From Mobula hypostoma (Eukaryota), in NCBI RefSeq assembly GCF_963921235.1, contig NC_086108.1, positions 53,198,001-53,262,000 on the forward strand: DNA of 64,000 nt, read 5' to 3'. How positions within the stretch are numbered: the stretch's first letter is position 1; each line of letters begins with the position of its first letter. The notes beneath the pieces were generated by a model. It ran no database searches. It saw only the letters and a list, made by a program, of their open reading frames with translations, and was not told where the DNA came from. The translations under genes and the position numbers were made by a program. Of the stretch, positions 23,001-35,000 are shown one piece after another.

Positions 23001-26000
23001 ATCATTAACATATATCGTGAAAAAAATAGCGGCCCCAACACCGACTCCTGTGGAACTCCACTGGTAATTAGCAGCCAGCCAGAATAGGATCCCTTTATTC
23101 CCACTCTCTGTTTTCAGCCGACCAGCCAATGCTCCACCCATGCTAGTAACTTCCCTGTAATTCCATGGGTTCCTATCTTGCTAAGCAGCCTCATGTGCAG
23201 CACCTTGTCAAAGGCCTTCTGAAAATCCAAGTACACCACATCTACTGCATCTTCTTTGTCTACCCTGCTTATAATTTCCTCAAAGAATTGCTGTAGGTTT
23301 GTCAGGCAGGATTTTCCTTTCAGGAAACCATGCTGGCTTTGGCCTATCTTGTCATGTGCCTCCAGGTACTCTGTAATCTCATCCCTAACAATAGATTCCA
23401 ACAACTTCCCAACCACTGATGTCAGGCTAACAGGTCTATAGTTTCCTTTCTGCTGCCTCCCACCTTAAATAGCAGAGTAATATTTGCAATTTTTCAGTCA
23501 TCCGGTACAATGCCAGAATCTATCGATTCTTGAAAGATCATCGCTAATGCCTCCACAATCTCTCCAGCTACTTCCTTCAGAACCCGAGCGTGCATTCCAT
23601 CAGGTCCAGGAGATTTATCCACCCTCAGACCATTAAGTTTCACGAGCACCTTCTCGGTCGTAATTTTCACTGCACAAAGTTCACTTCCCTGACACACTTG
23701 GATGTCCGTTGTTTTTTTTTGTCCGCTATACTGCAGACATCTTCCACTGTGAAGATTGATGCAAAATACGCATTCAGTTCCTCTGCCATCTCTGCATCTC
23801 TCATTACAATATCTCCAGCGTCGTTTTGAATTGGTCCTGTATCTACCCTTGACTCTCTTTTACCCTTTAAATGCTTAAAAAAGCTTTTAGCATCTTTTAG
23901 TTGCCAGCTTCCTTTCCTAATTCACCTTTTCCTTCCTAATGACCTCTCAGTTTCCTTCTGCAAGTTTTTAAGAGCCTCCCATTCCTCTATCTTCCCACTG
24001 GCAGAGATTAAGCAGAGATTTAAAAAAAAAATTGGTGTTGCTAGTTAGCAAGTGTGAATGTATAAAATAAGACTTTAACTGTCTTTAGGATTTGTCATTT
24101 GAGTCCCATAGAATCCTATACCTACTTTTATACTGTATACTTGTAGTAGATGCTATAGGGATATGGAAAGATTAAAATCTGACAACTTAATTTTTTAGCA
24201 TGGTTACAGCGTGCTCATTATAGAACAACTTTGTATAGAGAATGTTGAAGCATAAGGTAGTAAAGAGTGTTCTGGGGTGAGGAAGCATCAAGAAACTTCA
24301 GACACTATGACATTTTAGATGTTTTGCTGTAGAACCCAGAGCTGCTGCTATGATTTTTCTGATTGTGGATATTAATGCCGGAGAGTTGAAATGAGCTTTA
24401 ATTGTTCCAAAAGTACAATATTTTCTCTTGTATTGCAGGTTAACCCGGTTGATCAAAATAGCTCTTGTTGTGTTGATTTCATTTGCTTGCTGCTGGCTGC
24501 CGTTCCTCACAAGTTTCCAGCAGTCTCTACAGGTGATTCAAAGACTTTTCCCTGTTGATAGGGGTTTGTTTGAGGTACGTTCACAAGATTGTTTATTATC
24601 AGTAACCACAAGTTTTGTGGTTGTTCCATTTACTAAACTTAGAGGTTGTAGCATATATGTGTAATTTCAGAAATAATTCACAAGCTGCCACTTTGGTATT
24701 TTATCAAGTTACTGAAGCATTAGGAATGTTTGGAAGCGATATTTTAACAGTCCAACAAAATAAACAATGGTTATCAGTCAAATTATCCAACTGTAACCAA
24801 TCTGTAAGGCCAACTATCTTCATCTGGTGCAAGTTCATCATAAAATCTTCCTGATTAATGTTTCAGTGATGATAATATTAGCTTGGCAACAGTGTAAATG
24901 TCTGTCATGAAATACTTATTTGGACATGGGTGAGGATGAACTTGAGAAATTGTTAGCGTAAGCAAACCACAAGTTGTGTGATAAGTTGGCCATCTCCAGT
25001 TGCTGTTTTAAAAAGATATGCTGATGTGTAAATTATACGTTGAGCTATAATATTGATAGCTGCTCAGTTTGTTTGTAGAATGCCTCGTGTTAACCTTCTA
25101 ACCTTTCTCTGTGTCCTCATCAAATTCGAGGCCGATATTCTATCTGTGCCATGTTTGAGGGAAATGGTTCCATTAGTCTGAGGCGTGGCCAGCTTGCCTG
25201 TGGAATTATGTCCCCTCCACTTGTGACATTGACAACTGTCTCTGCTGTTTCTATTTCCTGTCTTGAACAGAGGTATCAGATATTGCATTCTTGATACTGA
25301 TATCATAGCCATCTACAGATAGCCCATTTATAGATCCATTCTGGCTCATACTTAACCCTTGAAATTGGCTTGCGTTCGTATCGTAAACGCTACAGATTCT
25401 GTTGACTCAGTCAGTGCTGTCTGTGCATATCAGTGTCTCACATTAGATTTATGCCATTTGGAATTTGCTACACTATGGGCAATAACTTTACTGGACTTAA
25501 TAACAAACAAATTTGTGACAGAGAGATTGTTCTGATCCATTCAGTAATCAGTTTCAGCATAGTTCATTTCTATTGTTCTCCACAAAAGGAGTACTTTTTG
25601 AGTAAAAGAATATTGCTTACAAAGATTTTCTGATTCAGCAGAATGAATGAAGCAAGTACTGTATATGAAACAAACAAGAGAAAATCTACAGATGCAAGAA
25701 ATCTAAGTAACACGCACAAAATGCTAGAGGAATTCAGCAGGCCAAGCACCATCTATGGAAAAGAGTGAGCAATCAGAATTTCGGGCCGAGACCCTTTATC
25801 AGAACCCTTCATCTGATGGAGGGTCTCTGCCCGAAACATAAACTGTTTATTCTTTTTCACAGATGCTGCTTGGCCTGCTGACTTCTTCCAGCACTTTATG
25901 TGTGTTATTGTACATGAAAGCAGTTTGAAAGTCTTAGTTGTTTTTATGTTGATACTGTTTGTGCATGTCAGAGCAGAAGAGGTGAAAAGTCTTGTTTGTT

Positions 26001-29000
26001 TCATGCATTTGTGGCATTCCAGGTATTGGCCACCACCCAAACATTAAAAATTGGTATTCCTACTGTTTGTGATATTAAATGACAGACCATTCTTATACAT
26101 ATCCTGCGTAGGCTTACAAATACTTTGCACTTGGTTCACTAATGTAACTTGGAAGCAAGCATCCACTTTCCATGTCTACAGTGTCCAGTACAACAATTGG
26201 GAGCAACATTTTAAGTTCAAGTTGAAGTTTGTTGTCATCCGACTGTACATATATACAACCAAACAAAACAACGTTCCTCCAGACTATGGTGCATCCACAA
26301 AACATATACAGTACTACACATAGCACATAAACCAAAATATTACCATACACTTCTCTGACATTAAATTTACCTATTGATTAAATAAGTTAATGAAATATAA
26401 TTCAAGATGCATGTAGTGTGCAGCACAAGTAAATGGTAAAGAGTACCGTAAGCAGTTTGCTGCCCTAGTGACAGGACCTCGGTGGTGGCAGGATATTCAT
26501 TATTCCACAGCCTAAGGGAAAAAGCTGTTACTCATTCTGGCAGTCCGAGTCCTGATGCTACTGTACTACTTTCTTGGTGGTAGTGGGTCAGAGAGATTGT
26601 AGGATGGGTGGTAGGGATCCTCAACAATGCTTTGGGCCCTTCATCTGCAAACACTCCCGGTAAATGTCACAAATGGGTGATTTTTACTATCCTCTATAGG
26701 GTCTTGTGGTCTGTTGCCTTGCAGTTTCCAAACCATACATAACACAGCCAGGCAGGACACTCCTGATGGTGCTCTTGTTAGAATGGGGCAGCGACACTCC
26801 TGTGCCTTCTTGACTAGCGGGGGGGGTATTGAGGTCCAGGTTAGATCATCTGTTATGTGCACACCAAAGGACTTCACTCTCTCCACAGCAGAGCCATTGA
26901 TGTCCGTGTTGAGGCTCAGGTTATTCTCACACCATTTGACAAGCCGCTGTTCCTCCTCTCTGTATGCTGACTCATCATTGTTTCTGATGAGGCCAGTCAC
27001 CGTAGTGTCATAAGCGAACTTGATGTGGTTTGAGTTAGATCTGGCAGTGCAGTCATGACTCAGCAGCGGACTAAGCACACAGCCCTGGGGTGGAGGCAGT
27101 AGTACTCACAGGATAGAGCTTGAAATGTTGCTGCTAGTTTGGACTGACTGTGGTCTTTCTGTCAAGAAGTCCAAGGTCCAGTTGCAGAGAGGGGTGTCGA
27201 GTCCCGACAAGGACAGTTTACCAGCTAGCCTCTGAGGGATGGTCACAGAGCTAAAGCCGATGAACATCATCCTGGTATATGAGGCATTGTCTTTTACACG
27301 GAACTGGATAGAGTAGAGGGCTGAGGCTATTGCATCATCAGTGGGTCAGTTTGTGCAGTAGACAATCTGGAAAGGGTCCAGTATAGCTGGAAGGTGGGAT
27401 TTTATATGATCCATTACCAGCTGCTCAAAGCAATATCAGATATTTTCCTATCTGGCTCCCCAAATAAATCTCTATGGTTCCTTTAGCCAACTCAGCACAG
27501 ATCAGGAATCAAACCTACTGCTTTTATGTCTGCTTGGTGGAGAGCTTTGTTGCAAAGGGCGTTTATTTCATTTGCCACTGAGCAACTTTGTTACTACTTA
27601 ATACACCATTTTGTATGAGTTGTGGAATAAAAATGCTAATACACTACATCTATAGAAATAGTTAATATAGATAATTGTTTTGAACTGAAAACATCCGTAG
27701 TAAAACATCTTGTAGCTCTTTGCAACACTCTTCTGTTCCTGGCTTAATCAGATGCCATTTGATAAATTGATAAGGTAGACAAGTACTTAAGACCATTTGA
27801 CATAGGAGCAGAATTAGGCCATTTGGCCCATCATATCCATTCTGTCATTCGATCATGGCTGATTTATTTTCCAACTAACCCCATGCTCCTGCCTTCTCAC
27901 CTTAATCTATGATGTCCTTACTAGTATATAATAATATTCCTGTCCAGGAATATATTTTAATAAGTCAAATGTGTTTGAGTTTTTTGCTGTCTTATGGCAG
28001 ACGTGAGAAGTGTGTATGGATTGAAACAGGTATCCAATTTTAATCCTCTTTGGAAGAAAGATTTTAAAAAGGCTTTCAGTTGCTTTGTGTGTAATTATTC
28101 TAAAGTACATCAACCACAATGGCTGAAAGGTTCATTGTAATAGGCAAATAATACAGAATCTTGAGCTAATGATCCAGAGATAGAAGTTCAAATTGGGAAT
28201 TAAAATTTAGTTGATTAAATAGGTAGATCTGGAAAACACCAAGCTGGTGTCAGTAATATAATAATGAAACCACTGATTAATCTTAAAGAAACAGTCATAC
28301 CACTAATATTAACCTTAACTACATTGTGACGCTTGGCTGACAACTAAGTAGTTGACCAGCCTGCAGGACAGCTCTCCAAATGCTCCACATATTAAAAGGG
28401 ATTTGCTGGACTGACAGAACTCGGTGCCTTTGTGGTCAGTCCACATCTAGTCTTCATATAATTTATATGAAGCTGTAAATTCAGCTAACGGAGGGACTTG
28501 TAAATGATCTCAAGGGAGTTGTCTGGATTTCCACATTCATGTGTATGTATGAGGCAATAAAACTTTGCTATTTAGGAAGGATGCAGCATCCATATTGTGT
28601 GCAGCAAAATTCCATGAATGTTACTAAGATAAATGTTCAGGTACTGTATTTGTTGTGTTGACTTGGAGGGAAATTTGAAACAGATATTAACATTAATCAA
28701 AGTTCAATGCACTTCAAAGTCAGTGAAATGGTCAGAGGGGATATCACCAAAAAAAATTACAACACTAGGTCGGTACAGCACTAGCAGACTAGATTGTGTG
28801 CTGCAATAAACCTGACATAAGAAGGATCCTGTGCCTCCTTATAGTCTGTGCACACAGGCATTTGTTTTTCTCTTTCCTTCCAGCCCTTGTAGGACTGAGA
28901 TGAAGCAAAAGCTGAAGGTTTCAGGATAAAGTGTTGGACTTTCATTGCGGATCTAGAAAAAGTAACTGTCTTGCTTATTTGTTGATTATAATATAATACT

Positions 29001-32000
29001 TCAAACATTCATAAAATGCCTTGTATGACAAAATATGTGAATAGAAAAATAGGAAACCAACCACTCTGGGACAGAGAAATGATGCTGGATCTGTTTTCCC
29101 AGCAGTTGCATTCGTGGAGAAAATTTTATAATGTGTTTCCTATTTAAGCTCAATATATTAGGAATGGCACATTAGCTCAGCTCAGAAATGCCTCACAGTG
29201 GCAGTGACCCAGGTGCAATTCTGACCTACAGTGCTGTCTTTGTGAAGTTTGCATGTCCGCCCTATGACCACATGAGTTGCTCCCAGCTGCTCTGTTTCCT
29301 CCCACATCCCAAAGATACAGTGACTGGTAGATTAAGCCCATAATTAAAATAGTAATTTAGCTGCTGTAAATTGTCCATAGTGTGTTGAATGGTACAAGCT
29401 GCGAAGAGTTAGTAGGAATGTGAGGGTAATAAACCAGGATGAATACAAGATTAGTATAAAGGGATAGTTGTTGCAGAATTGGTAGGTAGAAGAGCCTTTT
29501 TTCCATGGTAAATGTCTATATTTGTATTAACTCCACTATGTTTGTAATCACTAACATCCAACAGTTTTCCATTGCAGTAATCTGTATTTTATTGATAAAA
29601 CAGTTTCTTGAAATTTGAACAATTTTTCCGAAGTTCCTGAAATGGTGCTTGCACGCTCTTATTCCTCCCTCTGTTCTATCATGTTGAAATTAAAATTTAT
29701 TGTACAATAAACTGTTAATTATACATTGTTTGAATCTCAATACTGTGAAAACATTTAAACTAAGTTTTTCTTATTCCTCATAAAACTGCAAGCTTTATTT
29801 TTGAAGAAGACTTATGTTGACCCTTCAACTAATTAATGCTTCTCAACTAAGCTGATTTTCAATGTTCAGTCTTGTTATTGCCAAAAGCATAAGAACTTTA
29901 GGTTTTACTTGTATTTTCATTTTTAAAAATAACTGATTAATTATTTGTGACCGATTTTGATATTTCAACATGTTCTGTGAATGACCACTAGTCTGTGCTG
30001 TTGCATAGTTTAGTGATGACTTTCATGGATACTAGAAAAATTAAGTTGGACATTTTATTGTTACTTGCATAATTTATAATTAACATTGTCCAGTATTAGC
30101 AAGTGAAATGCTCTTAAGACTATAACACATGGGAGTAGAATTAAGCCATTTAGCCCATTAAGTCTGTTCTGCTATTCCATCATGACTGATTTATTATCCG
30201 TCTCAACCCCACTCTCTAGTCTTCACCCTATAACTTTTAACATCCTGACTAATCAAGAATCTATCAACCTCCACTTTAAACATACCCAATGAATTGGCTT
30301 CCATAGCCATCTGTGGCAATGAATTACAAAGATTCACCACCCTCTAGCTAAAGAAATTCCTTCTCATATCTGTTCTAAATGGACATTCCTCTATTCTGAG
30401 GCTGTGCCCTCAGGTCCTAGATTTCCCCCACTATAGGAAACATACTCTCCACATCTACTTCATCTAGGCCTTTAAGTATTCAATAGGTTTCATTGAGACA
30501 ACCACTGTCCCCCTCCTCCCCTCATTCTTCGAAACTCCAGCGAGTACGGGCCCCGAGCCATCAAAATCTCCTCATGCGTTAAGATCTTCATTCCCTCCAT
30601 GAACCTTCATGAACCTCCATGGACCCTCTTCAATGCCAACACATCTTTTCTTAGAAAAGGATCCCACAATTGCTCACAAGACTCTGAGTGCTATCTGAGC
30701 ATTGTCATGGTCTGTTGCTCCAGTGTCATGAAAAATTGAGTGAGAATTATATCAGTGCAATCTAGGAGCAATAACTTACAGGGTTATTTCATTGGTGTGG
30801 ATCGAGGGAGACCTCTGTTTACTTCAGTGGCCTACTTGAAGATGGCTGTATTCTAGGCCAATGCATCATCTCATTTGCAAAGGCTAAGTACAGTATAGAC
30901 AGAAAAATATGTGCATGGATATAATGGTCTGACATTTCATGGCAATGGTAGGTTACTTGGATTTGTCGTTTAACCACCAACTTAGCTTTCTCAGCACCAA
31001 ATTTCTGGGCACATTCTGTACGAAAACCACTCTTCTGCTTGAAGGCAAAGTCCTGTGCAGTTCAGGACTTTTGGGGGATATGTTCCAGCACATGGTGGAA
31101 TCGATCATAACGTTGAAAAAGTTTACCTGCTGAATAAATTGTATTTCCTGTCTTAGTCAACTGTCAAAACCATGACTGTTTATAATTGTTTCTGATAGTC
31201 ATAATCATTAAAATATTAAAAATTAAATAGCTTGCTAATAATTTTAACTGAAAATAGAAGACATTTAAAACATTTAAATAATTTGATTTTTTTTTAAAGT
31301 AAAGCTAAATGACTTGATACTTGGTCACTTGCAGCTGTTTCTCTGCATTAATATGATTGGAAGTTCTTCCTGTGCAAGACAACCTGGCATAGGTTTAGCT
31401 GGGGAATTAGACTCCATGACAACTGATTACACATTTTTTTGGTTGAGTCAAGAGGTTCAGCATATATAGTAACTGTACATTTAGGAAAATAACAATAGAG
31501 AAGAGATAAGAGAGGTTGGATAGTGAGGTTATAGAGTGTGGTGTTGTACATTTCTCTGATGTAGAATTCATTACTTAATGGACCTATATTTGGGTTGTTA
31601 GTTGTTTCCCTAGTTTGTCTCTTTAATACACCAGTATGGCCACACTTCATGATGGAATATCAAATAAAGGGATTCTATTCTGGTTGGCTGCCGGTTACCA
31701 GTGGTGTTCCACAGGGGTCAGTGTTGGGGCCGCTTCTTTTTACATTGTACATCAACGATTTGGATTATGGAATAGATGGCCTTGTGGCTAAGTTTGCTGA
31801 CGATACAAAGATAGGTGGAGGGGCCGGTAGTGCTGAGGAAATGGAGAGTCTGCAGAGAGACTTGGATAGATTGGAAGAATGGGCAAAGAAGTGGCAAATG
31901 AAATACAATGTTGGAAAGTGTATGGTTATGCACTTTGGCAGAAGAAATAAACGGGCAGACTATTATTTAAATGGGGAAAGAATTCAAAGTTCTGAGATGC

Positions 32001-35000
32001 AACGGGACTTGGGAGTCCTCGTATAGGATACCTTTAAGGTTAACCTCCAGGTTGAGTCGGTAGTGAAGAAGGCGAATGCAGTGTTGGCATTCATTTCTAG
32101 AGGAATAGAGTATAGGCGCAGGGATGTGATGTTGAGGCTCTATAAGGCACTGATGAGACCTCACTTGGAGTACTGTGGGCAGTTTGGTCTCCTTATTTAA
32201 GAAAGGATGTGCTGACATTGGAGAGGGTACAGAGAAGATTCACTAGAATGATTCCGGGAATGAGAGGGTTAACATATGAGGAACGTTTGTCCGCTCTTGG
32301 ACTGTATTCCTTGGAGTTTAGAAGAATGAGGGGAGACCTCATAGAAACATTTCGAATGTTGAAAGGCATGGACAGAGTGGATGTGGCAAAGTTGTTTCCC
32401 ATGATGGGGGAGTCTAGTACGAGAGGGCATGACTTAAAGCTTGAAGGGCGCCCATTCAGAACAGAGATGCGAAGAAATTTCTTTAGTCAGAGGGTGGTGG
32501 ATCTATGGAATTTGTTGCCACGGGCAGCAGTGGAGGCCAAGTCATTGGGTGTATTTAAGGCAGAGATTGATAAGTATCTGAGTAGCCAGGGCATCAAAGG
32601 TTATGGTGAGAAGGCAGGGTAGTGGGACTAAATGGGAGAATGGATCAGCTCATGATAAAATGGTGGAGCAGACTCGATGGGCCGAATGGCCGACTTCAGC
32701 TCCTTTGTCTTATGGTCTTATGGTATTGCTGCTGAATTGTGCTGCGTGATTAAGACATTAAAGGTAAAATATAAGCAGGAATCTATATTTAGATTCCACA
32801 GGAGAGGCACCAGATTTTAACAAAAATCAAAGTGATATAACTTGAAAGTGCAAAGAAATATCAGAGATGCTGTCATTTTAATCCTAGTTGAAGTAACTGC
32901 AGGAAAAATCTCCACAGGAATAAAAATTCGAACTCATAATTGAATCAAGACTCACTCAATATAAAATTGCAACTATTTTAGTCAATTCTACCTAATTGCT
33001 TAAGTAACACTGTCCATAGTCATGTGAACTGTACAGGAAACATTGTGTGCAGCTTTTGTTCCTCACTGTCAATTGTTTTTTTTTGTTGATTTCAATTTAT
33101 TCAACTTTTTTTTTCAAAAATGTTTTCGTTGAATGGTCTGAGTTTGATCTCTATATGTTCTCAGTTCAAAGAGTTATAAAAGACTTCTAATTTCCAATTT
33201 TTCTTTCTTTAATACACTTACACTTAAGCTAAATAACTTGTTTATCAATGGTGTTCAATCACATGGGACAGATTCAACAAATGGATTTGAGAAGGCGAAA
33301 AATAGCTAATTCACAAACAATCCAGATATATATTTAGAAATCAATATCTTGCCATGGTGGTTCTATGGGCAGGGGAATAGTAGGAAAGAACATTGCAGGA
33401 GAATTGATAAATACTCGGAATGTTTGTGTCCCTATTTAAAGAGCGGCAACGAAGTCCATGACTCCACATTTTGTAAAAAAAAATGTGGGCCTAATGGGTT
33501 AGTGGTCTTTACCAAATGTGTGCTTTTTAATATTTTTCTGAAAATGCACTTTTGAGCCATCTTTTGAAATCCCAGGATCAACTTTAGAAATCGTAGAGCC
33601 TTAACCTCAATAATCATTTTGTTTAAAAGATAACTAAAATTCCCTGTATTTCAAAATAGTTAAAACACAGGAGGTTGTTCATTCATTTGAATCTCTACCA
33701 AGTGTGTAAGAGCATTCCAGCAAATCTTGTGGCCTTTTATCAAAGACTTGCTAGTTGATGCAATGCTCACAATCTGCATGTACCATGAAGTTCTTTTCTT
33801 CATAGCGGTATATTAGTAGATTAGGAAGCAATTGAATAAATGGCACTAGCCGTGTGGAGAGCCATTGAGATTACATCTGCCATTGCCAGACATCCCACCC
33901 TGCAAAAACTCATTTCAGGGAGGTGGCACCACCATTTCAGGGAGGTAGCACCCCCGCCCCCCGCAGCCCCATATCCCCCCCCCACGGTCGACCTCCAAGG
34001 GTGTATGTAATATTTTGTTTAGTGATTTTGTCTAATTTGTAAACCAAGTTGGGTATATGCAGAAAATGTGACATTAAAATATGTATTTATATTATATTAT
34101 CATGTTTATTCTATTACAACTTTAAGCAAGTCTACAGGGAGTTTGGCCTCATCAAATAGGACATCAATAGCGTAGCTCCTTAGCAGCCAGCCAGCTAGTT
34201 TAAATAATGTTAGCTATGCTAATGAACAAATGACACCTGTTAAACTCACCTCAACATGTCTTTTACATTTTAACCCACCATGGGCAATAGAAAAGTCACT
34301 GTTGCAAATAGTGCAGCGAACAACACCGTCATTATTTTTGAGGTCGACTGTAAAGCCCGCCCACAGAGAAAACTTATATGTCTACTTAGCAGGGGGCCGC
34401 AATCGTTTTTGCACCGCAGACCGGTTTAATATTGACAATATTCTTGTGGACTGGCCGACGGGGGGCAGGGGTGTTTATCACAACCTGATAGGTGATAAGT
34501 CAATTGCATCCTAACATTTTAAGTGACGTCTGGATATTAAATACACAGCGCATATTTTCCCCGTATGAACATATAAAATCATTGCAACACACCAGTATCG
34601 CTGAATCAGTGGGAGTCCTGGGCTTGTTTTCCTGCAACAACACGGTCCTATCGAGGGGTGATGGGAGACAGCGATACTCGAAGGGGGTTCTTTATGTTCA
34701 GTCTATTCCGCAATTTAGTTTTCGTTGCATTCTTTGCAGAAAACCCCGCTTCAGAGATATGTTGGAAATGGAAGCAACGTTTTCAGTGCTTTCGTGGCTA
34801 TCTCAGGATATTCAGCCTTGTCTTGGATCCAGAATGCCGGCAGAGGTGTTACGTCAAACATACTTTTCAGCCCACCATCATTTGCAAGCTCGAGGAGTTG
34901 ATCTTTTTCCCGCACTGACATGGATGATTCACTGGAGACATTCACTAATGGTTCACGGACCCATTCCTTTGCTTGTCTCGGGTCACTGATGACCTCGCGT

